This document shows positions 1 through 8,678 of a DNA stretch of 64,000 nucleotides, piece by piece. Origin of the DNA: Candidatus Thermosaccharophagus yellowstonensis (GTDB lineage Bacteria > Armatimonadota > Fervidibacteria > Fervidibacterales > Thermosaccharophagaceae); the NCBI GenBank assembly GCA_041537945.1, contig JBGOEK010000002.1, forward strand, positions 46,005 to 110,004, in the 5' to 3' direction. Each line of letters opens with the position of its first letter. The first letter of the stretch is position 1. Below the pieces are notes generated by a model. It saw nothing but the letters and a program-made list of their open reading frames with translations. It did no database searches and was not told the DNA's origin. Made by a program: the position numbers and the translations under genes.

Positions 1-309
1 TTTGCCAGAGCCCTCTGGTCCAAATATCTCGGTTATGCGTCCCCTCGGTATGCCACCAACTCCCACAGCAATATCAAGCCATATTGAGCCAGTCGGTATC
101 ACTTCAACTGTGAGCTTTGTCGGTTGATCGCTGAGACGCATTATGCTTCCCTTGCCGAACTTCTTTTCGATATGGCTTATAGCGCTCTCAAGCGCCCTCA
201 GCTTTTCACTGCTTATGTTCACTTGTGGCGTCGGTGGAACTTCAGACGCCTCAACGACATCGTTTTGCAAGGGCAATGCCTGCTCATCTTCCTTTGGGCG
301 TTTTGGCAT
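1..309 (-). CDS. recA: Recombinase RecA, N-terminal part (gene continues beyond the left edge)
   Basis: Absent from the ORF track because it is truncated. Reverse-complement translation from the ATG (complement of 307-309) reads [103 protein letters not shown]. This covers the RecA FGKGSIM motif, GGIPRGRI, and the start of the Walker A loop. Confidence 0.93.
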   Translation of the reverse strand, partial: MPKRPKEDEQALPLQNDVVEASEVPPTPQVNISSEKLRALESAISHIEKKFGKGSIMRLSDQPTKLTVEVIPTGSIWLDIAVGVGGIPRGRITEIFGPEGSGK

Positions 310-412
310 AAACGATTTCACCTCCTGCCGTTCAAACGCATGTAAAAATAACACACCAAAGAAGGCTCACCGAGAGAGCACCACAAGTCATTGTAGCACA
401 TGTCATGTGGCG

Positions 413-441
413 CTGTAGTCGGATGTGCAATGATATATAAT
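413..441 (+). promoter_or_regulatory. Putative sigma-70-type promoter for the 512 gene (perfect TATAAT at 436-441, weak -35)
   Basis: TATAAT at 436-441 lies 70 nt upstream of the 512 start. The -35 region (CTGTAG, 413-418) is poor and abuts the palindrome at 397-409. Confidence 0.35.
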
Positions 442-511
442 AGCCATGCAGAGGGAGAATGCGTTTCGTGCATTGCTATGTTTTAGCACTGCTCTCAAGG
501 GGTGACGAAAG

Positions 512-1168
512 ATGGACGAGGGAAAGAGGGGCATGTCGCTAAAGGAGTGGATGCGCTATCTGGAGGAGCAAGAGAAGATAGCGAAAGGGGAGGCTGAAAG
601 CAAGGAGAGCAAGGAAGCGGAGCAACAACAGCAACCACGCCAGAGCTTCGTTCGTCCGAGACCGCTCTCTTGGGGTCGCCCCGTTCAGTTTGGTGCTCAT
701 CGGTTGGAGACGACAACCCAACGCCCGTATGCGATCCCAAAAGAACAAACACAGCCAACACAGCAACCTGCAATCACTGAGGATGTGAGCGTGCGTGACG
801 AAGTCAAGAAACAGTTAGAGCGGAGGCGTTCACTTTGGGCGAGCATAAAGAGCCCAAGAAGCCAAAACAGGCTTGATGAACTGTTCAGGCAAACATTGCT
901 TCAGATAGCTAAACTCCAATCGGATGTCAACAGGCACGCCCACGAAAACCCGAGATGGAAATTGCTCAGCAAGCTCCTTGACCCAGACATGTCAATAAGG
1001 GATGTGGCATTCCTGCTTGATGTATGTCAAACAACTGTCAGGCGATATACGAACTCGGGCTTGCTCGAGCACTACAGAACCTCTGGAAACCAAAGGCGCT
1101 TCAAGCTCAGCCATGTGCTCAACTTCTTGATGCGCTTCTTGGATGAAGGACAGGAGCTAAAGGAGTAG
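512..1168 (+). CDS. DNA-binding protein with C-terminal MerR/excisionase-type helix-turn-helix and a charged low-complexity N-terminus
   Basis: 218-aa ORF. The C-terminal segment MSIRDVAFLLDVCQTTVRRYTNSGLLEHYRTSGNQRRFKLSHVLNFL matches the HTH_17/MerR-like pattern. The N-terminus is Glu/Lys/Gln-rich. The gene is divergent from recA. Confidence 0.6.
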   Translation: MDEGKRGMSLKEWMRYLEEQEKIAKGEAESKESKEAEQQQQPRQSFVRPRPLSWGRPVQFGAHRLETTTQRPYAIPKEQTQPTQQPAITEDVSVRDEVKKQLERRRSLWASIKSPRSQNRLDELFRQTLLQIAKLQSDVNRHAHENPRWKLLSKLLDPDMSIRDVAFLLDVCQTTVRRYTNSGLLEHYRTSGNQRRFKLSHVLNFLMRFLDEGQELKE

Positions 1169-1224
1169 CCTTCCACAACAGCGCATGAAGATGAGGTGGA
1201 GAAATTCTGGAAGAAAGAGAATAC

Positions 1225-1944
1225 TTGGAACAGTATCGCCTTGAACGCTCATATTGGTGGTTCGTCGGGCGAAGGAAGATAGTGGCAACGCTCCTCAACG
1301 GCGTTAAGAAGCGTAAAAGCAACATCGTGTTAGATGTCGGATGCGGGACAGGCGGAAACTTGGAGTTGCTATCGTCATATGGGTTGTGCATCGGAATTGA
1401 TATCTCGCCATTAGCACTCTCAATTTGCAGGGAGCATTGGGATGGCGATCTCATATGCGCTGATGCATGCTCGCTCCCGTTCCGCAACTGTAGTGTTGAT
1501 CTCATTGCAGCGCTTGATGTCCTTGAGCACTTGCAAGATGATGTCTCTGCACTTCGCGAGTTTTGGCGGATACTAAAACCTAACGGCATCTTGATCGTTA
1601 CGGCTCCAGCCTTCATGTTCCTTTGGAGTGGGCACGACATAGCGTTAGGGCATTTCAGGAGATACACGATGAGCGAACTCAAACTGAAGCTTAACAAGGT
1701 CGGCTTCGCTATCCAGAAGCTTTCCTATGCCATATGCCCGCTACTACCGTTCGTGTTCGTATTCCGAAAGTTGCAACTAATCGCACAGCACAACATGAAG
1801 AAGCACACAGCTCTAATTGAGCTTCCAAAGCCACTCAACAGAGCGCTGATAGCGATGTTGCAACTTGAGGCAACGCTGTTAAAATACATTGACTTGCCTT
1901 TCGGCGTCTCGCTCGTCTGCAAAGCTATCAAGCCAAGCGTATAA
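1225..1944 (+). CDS. Class I SAM-dependent methyltransferase
   Basis: Motif I is VLDVGCGTGGNLELL, followed by DLIAALDVLEHL and LKPNGILIVTAP (Methyltransf_11/23-like). The TTG start is the first start codon after an in-frame stop at 1192-1194. Confidence 0.8.
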   Translation: MEQYRLERSYWWFVGRRKIVATLLNGVKKRKSNIVLDVGCGTGGNLELLSSYGLCIGIDISPLALSICREHWDGDLICADACSLPFRNCSVDLIAALDVLEHLQDDVSALREFWRILKPNGILIVTAPAFMFLWSGHDIALGHFRRYTMSELKLKLNKVGFAIQKLSYAICPLLPFVFVFRKLQLIAQHNMKKHTALIELPKPLNRALIAMLQLEATLLKYIDLPFGVSLVCKAIKPSV

Positions 1945-1976
1945 GACTGAAATGCACGGCGAGGAGGTGCGAGAGG

Positions 1977-4976
1977 GTGCGGGTTAGATCCGCTTTAGCA
2001 TTACTGGTATTCATAGCCCACAGTTGTTGCTGGGCTATAACAAGGGTTAGCTCAACAAAGGTTGTGGCGAGCTCACCAGCAATCGATGCACAGCCATGTT
2101 TCTCTGGCGACGGTAGCAAGCTCGCATTCGTCTCAGGAAGGGATGGCAAGAACGAGATATGGATGATTGACCTTACAACTGGCGATTTGAAAAAGCTCGT
2201 GCATTGTGAATCTGTGGGCGAGTTCGCCACCAAACCATCGTTGGCACGAGATGCGGAGTTGCTTTCCTTCGTGAGCAATCGTTCGGGCAACATCGATGTT
2301 TGGATGCTTGAGCTGACAACTGGCAAGCTATACCAACTCACAGATTCGCCGGGCATCGACTGGATGCCCGCCATATCACCAGATGGCAAGAGGGTGGCTT
2401 TCGTCTCCGACAGGGACGGTGTGGATGCCATATGGATGCTTGAACTCGGCGATGAGAAGAGGCTTTTTAAGCTCCGAAACAACGCTTGGGATCCAGCATG
2501 GTCTCCAGATGGGAAGCGTTTGGCGTTCGTCTCTGGCGATGGTGATGAAAGGGGCATATGGGTCATGGACATATCCGAACGAACCGAGAAACTCATATTG
2601 CAAGGTGGTAGTTCTCCATCTTGGTCTCCAGACGGTGAATGGCTTTGCGCTGTCAGGCGAAAGGGAAAGGCTTACGAATTGGTCATAGTCAGTGCTGATG
2701 GGAGCGTATGCAGGACGCTCCCCATCCCCTTTGAGGAGCCATCATCACCATGTTGGTCACCGAAGGGCGATCTGATAGCTTGCGATGCACTTGTCGGTGG
2801 CAACAGAGAGGTAATCCTCATACAGCTTGAGAGGCTTTTGCCATACGCAAAGATAACATCGCCAAAGGAGGGCGAGCGCGTTGAAGGCGTAGTCAGTGTT
2901 AGGGCAACTCTCAAAGTCCACCATGGGAATGTGAAACGCATATCGCTTGAGTATGGGCTCGGTCTGAAGCCGAGCGATTGGACACCATTGGATGTTAAAG
3001 TGTCAGAGAGATTCAGCGAGTTGAGCGATGAGCCGATAGCTTCTTTGGATACAACCCAGATAAGCGGTGCGCTCACCTTGCGCTTACGCGTTTACGATGA
3101 GGAGGACGATGTTGGTGAAGACAGGGTGACAGTGTTTTCGGAGAGAGTTTATGGTGTCCAGTATGTTGAGCACACAGTGCCAGAGGAGATGGTCACCTCA
3201 GACTCAGTCCAAGTCATATTGAAGCTACGCAACATCGGGAAGCTCACATGGCAACCGTCTGGTAGATTTGCAGTTACGCTCTCCTATCGCTGGAGGGATG
3301 CGGAAGGCAATGTTGTGCTTCGTGGTGGTCACTTCAACATCCCGAAGGTCGTGAACGAGTCCGAGGAAGTTCAAGTTGTAGCTACAGTTGTTGCGCCTGC
3401 TGAGGCTGGTAGCTACACGCTTGAGTGGGACTTGTGTCATGGTGGCGCCATATGGTTTTCAGAAGAGGGTTGCCAAACGCTTATGATCCCGGTGCGCGTT
3501 GTGAGGCGCTATGCTGCACAAGTCATATGGCATAACACACCTCGTGATATGGTTCCAAGCCAAACATACACAATCAGGGTGAAGCTACGCAACACTGGTG
3601 CAATGCCATGGAACACAAAGGATGCGAAGGAGAAGGTCTTCCTCTCATATCACTGGCTTGATCAGCAGGGCGCAAAGCTTGATGAGCAACCGATAATGAA
3701 CTTGATTGAGGAACAGGTGAAAGCGGGCGATACAGTTGAAGTTGTAGCGAGAGTGCGTTCGCCATCTGTTGTGGGTGAGTATAAGCTTGTGTGGGATATG
3801 CTCATTCAAGGTCAAGGGAACACGCAAAGCTGGTTCTCCGATATGGGGAGTAAGTTTGAAGCCCATCAGGTGAGCGTCAAAGCGCCTTACTCGGTATCAT
3901 ACCTTTGGCACAACACACCAACGACGATGCTACCTGGTCAAATTTACCTTGTGAACTTGCGCCTCAAGAACGAGGGGGCACTCGTCTGGGAGAGCAAGGG
4001 GATAAGAAGGGTTTGCGTGATCTATCGGTGGGTTGACGAGAGCGGAAAGAGCATTTCAGTGCCGACGATTGAGACACCGATGCCATACGATGTCATGCCC
4101 GGAGAAACAGTTGAAGTTGCCGCGAGAATCCAAGCACCGCCTGTAGCTGGAAACTATACACTACACTGGGATTTGCTTAAGGGAGGGAACGCGCTTTTCT
4201 CCAACATGGGTTCTCCGACGCTTAAAGTCGATGTGATGGTTCAGCGCCAAACATGCGTTGCTGAGTTCCAAGTGCTTTCGCACCCCACAACGATGGTAGC
4301 AGGATACGAGTATGAGGTTGAGATCACGATTTTAAATCGCGGCACAATGACATGGCTCGCTAACGGTGAGCGACCAGTGACATTAAGCTACTGCTGGCTC
4401 GATGAGAACGGGAACGAACTTAAAGATGTAGTGCAACTTAGGACACCTCTACCGAGGGATGTGAGGTTTGGTGAATCAGTGAAGGTCAAAGCGAGGGTTT
4501 GCGCCCCAAGGCTCACTGGCAAGTGGACATTGCGTTGGGATCTGTATATGGAAGGGATGGGTTGGTTCGGGAAGGTCGGCTCTCCAACGCTGAATGTCCC
4601 AGTGAATGTCACCGCTGAATATGACTACGAAGTTATATCGCATGATATTCCGAGCGAGTTCATCAGCGGGCAAGTCTACACCTTGAGGATACGGCTGTGC
4701 AACAGAAGCGCATTCACATGGCGTGCAACTGGCGATGAGATAACGCAACTCGGATGCAAGTGGCTTGATGAGAAAGGGTTCGTTGTTGAGAGCTCCATCA
4801 TTGCCAGCGTGCCAAAAGACATTCAGCCAAACGAAACGGTTGAGTTTGAAGTCACGCTACACTCGCCTAAGAAGGCTGGAACTTACACGCTCAAGTTGGA
4901 CATGGTGTATATGCGCAAAATATGGTTTGAGGAAAAAGGCGCTCAACCGCTATCCTTGCAAGTCCGCGTCAAATAA
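1977..4976 (+). CDS. Secreted TolB-like (PD40/WD40-like) beta-propeller protein fused to an Ig-like domain and five tandem Trp-rich FW/NBR1-like domains
   Basis: Signal-peptide-like N-terminus (MRVRSALALLVFIAHSCCWA). Six PD40-type blades are visible (e.g. SGDGSKLAFVSGRDGKNEIWMIDL, SPDGKRVAFVSDRDGVDAIWMLEL, SPDGKRLAFVSGDGDERGIWVMDI). These are followed by five repeats of about 120 aa. Confidence 0.8.
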   Translation: MRVRSALALLVFIAHSCCWAITRVSSTKVVASSPAIDAQPCFSGDGSKLAFVSGRDGKNEIWMIDLTTGDLKKLVHCESVGEFATKPSLARDAELLSFVSNRSGNIDVWMLELTTGKLYQLTDSPGIDWMPAISPDGKRVAFVSDRDGVDAIWMLELGDEKRLFKLRNNAWDPAWSPDGKRLAFVSGDGDERGIWVMDISERTEKLILQGGSSPSWSPDGEWLCAVRRKGKAYELVIVSADGSVCRTLPIPFEEPSSPCWSPKGDLIACDALVGGNREVILIQLERLLPYAKITSPKEGERVEGVVSVRATLKVHHGNVKRISLEYGLGLKPSDWTPLDVKVSERFSELSDEPIASLDTTQISGALTLRLRVYDEEDDVGEDRVTVFSERVYGVQYVEHTVPEEMVTSDSVQVILKLRNIGKLTWQPSGRFAVTLSYRWRDAEGNVVLRGGHFNIPKVVNESEEVQVVATVVAPAEAGSYTLEWDLCHGGAIWFSEEGCQTLMIPVRVVRRYAAQVIWHNTPRDMVPSQTYTIRVKLRNTGAMPWNTKDAKEKVFLSYHWLDQQGAKLDEQPIMNLIEEQVKAGDTVEVVARVRSPSVVGEYKLVWDMLIQGQGNTQSWFSDMGSKFEAHQVSVKAPYSVSYLWHNTPTTMLPGQIYLVNLRLKNEGALVWESKGIRRVCVIYRWVDESGKSISVPTIETPMPYDVMPGETVEVAARIQAPPVAGNYTLHWDLLKGGNALFSNMGSPTLKVDVMVQRQTCVAEFQVLSHPTTMVAGYEYEVEITILNRGTMTWLANGERPVTLSYCWLDENGNELKDVVQLRTPLPRDVRFGESVKVKARVCAPRLTGKWTLRWDLYMEGMGWFGKVGSPTLNVPVNVTAEYDYEVISHDIPSEFISGQVYTLRIRLCNRSAFTWRATGDEITQLGCKWLDEKGFVVESSIIASVPKDIQPNETVEFEVTLHSPKKAGTYTLKLDMVYMRKIWFEEKGAQPLSLQVRVK
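3151..4973 (+). repeat. Five tandem protein-level domain repeats (units start at 3151, 3510, 3888, 4254, 4620)
   Basis: Each unit follows Y.....WH.TP..M..G..Y.V.L.L.N.G...W.......V.LSY.W.D..G.........P..V.PGETVEV.A.V.AP...G.Y.L.WD....G..WF...G...L...V.V. The units are divergent at the nucleotide level. Confidence 0.8.
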
Positions 4977-5018
4977 TGCATGAGCAACGGAAGACCTCAT
5001 GAACGAGGTGGGAGGATC

Positions 5019-6149
5019 ATGAAGCGAGTGCTCATAATACTTGCAGTGTTTTCCGTTGCGCTCCTGTGTGGCTATAAGCTCGGCAAGCATAGCGCCAACA
5101 GGAGCGTTGAGAGCAACCCTTCAACACCGTCTAAGGTGCTTCCCGATAGTGTGAATGCTCGGGCGGAAGTGTCCTCGTGGCAGAAGGCGTTTGCGAACAT
5201 AGCTAAGAGAGCCGAGCCTGCGGTTGTGCACATAAGAGTTACGAGGGTTGTGGCTGACCCTTTTGAGCAGTTGCTACATGAGTTCTTTGGGGAGCCACTG
5301 CCACGAAGCGAGGGAATCGGCTCTGGCTTCATATTCAGAAGCGATGGCTACATCCTCACAAACTTTCATGTGATTGAGGAAGCGAGAAACATACGCGTCG
5401 GGTTGTATGACAAGACGGAGTTACCAGCAAAAGCTGTAGGTGTTGACCCTTGGCTTGACCTCGCCGTTTTGAAAGTGAACGCAAACAAGCCCTTACCAAA
5501 ACTTGAGTTTGGCGACTCAGACACGGTTGAAGTTGGCGATTGGGCGATAGCTATAGGCAACCCATTTGGGCTCGGACAAACTGTCACAATCGGTTTCATC
5601 AACGCAAAGGAAAGGGAGTTTGAATCGGTTGAAGGCAGGAGAAGCGTTCACTCATACATCCAGACGAGCGCCCTCATCAACCCAGGTAACAGCGGAGGTC
5701 CATTGCTTGACCTAAACGGCAAGGTCATCGGCATCAACACATTCATCTACAACCCTGCAGGGGAGAGGTTCGGAATAGGTATTGGTTTTGCGATCCCGAT
5801 CAACACCGTGAAGGCGTTGCTTGACAGGTTGATGAAAGGTGGAATAGTTGAGCACGCTTACCTCGGTGTGGTCGTTGAAAGCGCTGACAAGCCAGAAGTG
5901 ACACGCTATGGCATAAAGCCAAGAGAAGGTGCACTCATATTGAAGGTCCATCCGCAAAGCCCAGCAGCGAACGCCGGGATACAAGCTGGCGATATAATCG
6001 TCCGCTTCAACGGCAAACCGATACACTCAGGGATAAACCTGATACGGGAAGTGTGGATTGCCGAACCATACTCCGAAGCGGTGATTGAGCTTCTGCGCAA
6101 CGAGCAACCGCTCAAAATAAAGGTGCGATTGGGGAGGGCACAAATGTGA
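5019..6149 (+). CDS. htrA: HtrA/DegP-family periplasmic serine protease with PDZ domain
   Basis: Catalytic triad contexts are TNFHVI, DLAVLKV and GNSGGPLLDLNGKVIGINT. PDZ-like segment: GALILKVHPQSPAANAGIQAGDIIVRFNGKPI. The ATG at 5019 follows the RBS GGGAGG; the track ORF starts at 4980. Confidence 0.92.
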   Translation: MKRVLIILAVFSVALLCGYKLGKHSANRSVESNPSTPSKVLPDSVNARAEVSSWQKAFANIAKRAEPAVVHIRVTRVVADPFEQLLHEFFGEPLPRSEGIGSGFIFRSDGYILTNFHVIEEARNIRVGLYDKTELPAKAVGVDPWLDLAVLKVNANKPLPKLEFGDSDTVEVGDWAIAIGNPFGLGQTVTIGFINAKEREFESVEGRRSVHSYIQTSALINPGNSGGPLLDLNGKVIGINTFIYNPAGERFGIGIGFAIPINTVKALLDRLMKGGIVEHAYLGVVVESADKPEVTRYGIKPREGALILKVHPQSPAANAGIQAGDIIVRFNGKPIHSGINLIREVWIAEPYSEAVIELLRNEQPLKIKVRLGRAQM

Positions 6150-7156
6150 TGAGGCATGAGGTTAGCAAGGTTGGGCGGGATGTGGGCAAGAGGATGGCTT
6201 TAACATTGCTCGTTGTCTTGCTGTCCTTCTCACAGGCTATCAAAGCTGACCAGAGGCAAGCGCTTGCAAAGAGGGCGATCATTATCACAGTTGATGGGCT
6301 TGGCTCATGGGTGCTTAAAGAGGCGGATGCACCAAACCTTCGTTGGCTCATGAACAACGGTTGCTACTCACTCAAAGCTGAAACTGTTGACCCACCTGCA
6401 ACATTGCCTGCACATGTCTCGCTCTTTACAGCCGTCCCACCATCCGTTCATGGCTTTGACTTTGATACCTACATCCCTGAGAGGGGATATGTGCAACGCC
6501 GAACGCTCTTTGCGTATGCGAAGGCTGTGGGAATGAAAACAGCGATGGTGGTTGGCAAAAAGAAACTCATGCACCTCGCTAACCCGAAGTGGGTTGACTA
6601 TGCGCCACAGATCAAAGAAGCGAACGCTACCAAAGTAACATCTGTTGCGCTTGATTACCTGAGGCGTGCTCAACCGCAACTGCTCTTCATTCACATGCCA
6701 GACCCAGATTGGCTCGGACACAAATACGGTTGGGGAAGCAAAGCACAGCTTGCTTCCGTTACGGAGTGCGATAAGAACATTGGCACGATCATAAAGGCGC
6801 TGAGCGAAATGAAGATGTGGGAAGATTTGTTGCTCGTAGTGACGGCAGACCATGGTGGTGAAGGCAGATGGCACTACGGCAACAGCGAAAAGGTCAAGCT
6901 GATACCGTTCATTGCATCTGGTGGCGCAATGAAGTTGCGAGGTGAGCTGAACTGCCTAATCTCGATTTGCGATATCGCTCCTATAGTCGCTTTAGCGCTT
7001 TCCTTGCCCGTCCCAAAAGAATGGGAAGAGAGAGCGATAAAGGTGATGCCCGCACTTCGTGATGTTAGAGCTTCAAACCTGCCACGCAAACCCCTTAAGG
7101 CATCGCTTCAGATGCCGAAGCGGGCAACCGCGCATTTCACAGTGTCATCAAAATGA
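6146..7156 (+). CDS. Alkaline-phosphatase-superfamily protein (type I phosphodiesterase/nucleotide pyrophosphatase-like), secreted
   Basis: IIITVDGLGSWVL, TLPAHVSLFTAVPPSVHG, IHMPDPDWLGHKYGWGS and VTADHGG match the metal-ligand blocks of the Phosphodiest family. The N-terminus is hydrophobic. The start overlaps the htrA stop (ATGA-type junction). Confidence 0.75.
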   Translation: MMRHEVSKVGRDVGKRMALTLLVVLLSFSQAIKADQRQALAKRAIIITVDGLGSWVLKEADAPNLRWLMNNGCYSLKAETVDPPATLPAHVSLFTAVPPSVHGFDFDTYIPERGYVQRRTLFAYAKAVGMKTAMVVGKKKLMHLANPKWVDYAPQIKEANATKVTSVALDYLRRAQPQLLFIHMPDPDWLGHKYGWGSKAQLASVTECDKNIGTIIKALSEMKMWEDLLLVVTADHGGEGRWHYGNSEKVKLIPFIASGGAMKLRGELNCLISICDIAPIVALALSLPVPKEWEERAIKVMPALRDVRASNLPRKPLKASLQMPKRATAHFTVSSK

Positions 7157-7219
7157 TGTGTCAAAGTGCGTTCATCTTGCTCTCGCCAAATCTCGCGTCC
7201 ACAGAGCTTTTAGAAAGGT

Positions 7220-8596
7220 GTGATGCGAATGATTCGGACGATGATGCTCAGCGCCTTCCTTCTCTTCGCTACGATTGTGAGCTTCAATGTATGTGTAGCA
7301 GTCTCAGTGCGTCAAGGTGTTTTACAACGAAGCGAAGTTTGGGGGAGCAAGGACAGCCCTATACGAATTGATGGCGAGTTGCGCATACCGAAGGGTATCA
7401 CGCTAACTATAGAGCCAGATGTCACTGTTGAGTTTGGTGAGAGGGGTAGCATAGTCGTCATGGGCGAGCTGAGAGCCATCGGAACAGCTACAAAGCCAAT
7501 TTTGTTCAAAGGTGCAAGCGAGGACTTGTGGAAGAGGGGCGCTGTCACAGGCATAATCGTTTCTGGCACGGCGAGACCAGCCGATGAACTCGGAAAGAAA
7601 GGGACCTCGTTCAAATACTGCGTGTTCAGGCATTTGAGACAGCCTTTGAACGCTGAGGCGAAAGTTTATGTTGGCTACTGCTGGTTTGAAGATGTTGGCT
7701 CACTTAACAAGCTCGAGTTCGCTGTCACGCTACGCTCTGGTGTGATTGAATTCTCGCGCATAAGGAGATGCGGTATGGGCGCTCTCATGCTTGGTGAAGA
7801 TGCCGTTGGACGCTATTGCCTTATTGAAGATGGGCTTGCAGATGCCATTGGTGGCGATGCATACCTTGAGCACTGCACGATACGCAACTTCAAGCGATTT
7901 GCGCTATCCGAGGTGGGCAAATCGTTTGAGCTCTTCTGGTGTCATGTGAGCAAGTGCGGAACATTAGCAGGCTTGCCAAACGCTGAAGGGCGTTTCCCGA
8001 GGATCGTGCTTGAGGATGTGACGATAACGGACATGGGTGAAGAACAAGGTTGGGGCGCAATACATATCCGTAAAAGCCCAGCGCCTAACGAAAGACTCCT
8101 CAAGATAAACACACGGAGCAACTGCAACAGAGTTATCTCGAAAGTGTTGATAAGCGACTCCGTTGGCGGAATTGAAATAGTTGCCCAACAGATATGGTGG
8201 GGGAAGAGCAATCCCGACACCAGTGATGAGAGCTTGTTTCAAGGTGCAGGGAGCAAGTTCAACATCTTCCCAGTCATACCCGCCGATCCATACCTGCAAC
8301 GCATGTCGCACGAAGGGGTTGTGGTTGATGCGGAGGGAAACCTCGTAGCTGATGCGATGGTGTGGGTTCTTGATTCACGCACATCTCCGTCATCAACAAA
8401 TGAAGACGGTATCTTCAGGATAGATGGTTCTGTGCCGGGCGTTTACACGCTCTGCGCGTATCGCCCTTGGGTTGGTGAGGGGTGCGCAACAGCGGACTGG
8501 GCGTTTGCTGGCGAAGTATGTCGCACAATGGGGTTTGCAAAGGGCAAACAAGAAGCACTGGTCATAAGGCTTTCAGGTAAATCACAAAGGCAATAG
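7220..8596 (+). CDS. Secreted protein with right-handed beta-helix-like region and C-terminal carboxypeptidase-regulatory-like domain
   Basis: Signal peptide (MMRMIRTMMLSAFLLFATIVSFNVCVA). GITLTIEPDVTVEFGERGSIVVMGELRAIGTATKPILFKG is typical of the entry to PbH1-type beta-helices. C-terminal GVVVDAEGNLVADAMVWVL...NEDGIFRIDGSVPGVYTLCAY matches the CarboxypepD_reg pattern. Confidence 0.55.
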   Translation: MMRMIRTMMLSAFLLFATIVSFNVCVAVSVRQGVLQRSEVWGSKDSPIRIDGELRIPKGITLTIEPDVTVEFGERGSIVVMGELRAIGTATKPILFKGASEDLWKRGAVTGIIVSGTARPADELGKKGTSFKYCVFRHLRQPLNAEAKVYVGYCWFEDVGSLNKLEFAVTLRSGVIEFSRIRRCGMGALMLGEDAVGRYCLIEDGLADAIGGDAYLEHCTIRNFKRFALSEVGKSFELFWCHVSKCGTLAGLPNAEGRFPRIVLEDVTITDMGEEQGWGAIHIRKSPAPNERLLKINTRSNCNRVISKVLISDSVGGIEIVAQQIWWGKSNPDTSDESLFQGAGSKFNIFPVIPADPYLQRMSHEGVVVDAEGNLVADAMVWVLDSRTSPSSTNEDGIFRIDGSVPGVYTLCAYRPWVGEGCATADWAFAGEVCRTMGFAKGKQEALVIRLSGKSQRQ

Positions 8597-8598
8597 CA

Positions 8599-8621
8599 GG
8601 CGAGGGCGCAACCCCGCCTTT
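8599..8621 (+). terminator. Possible intrinsic terminator after the 7220-8596 gene
   Basis: GC-rich hairpin GGCG(A)GGG-cgcaa-CCCCGCC followed by only TTT. It starts 3 nt after the stop codon. Confidence 0.3.
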
Positions 8622-8678
8622 GAAAGGGTTGTCAGTTTAGGTTGAACTAAACCACAAGATGGAGGGTGAGAAAGAAAG

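Noticed and set aside
124-418. Two plus-strand ORFs (73 and 91 aa) at the left edge.
   Set aside because: They lie antisense to, or overlap, the clearly recognisable recA N-terminus and its upstream region. They have no motifs.
3151-4973. The fivefold repeat as a diversity-generating retroelement target or a recent DNA-level tandem duplication.
   Set aside because: The units are similar only at protein level. No reverse transcriptase, template repeat or near-identical nucleotide copies are seen in the window.
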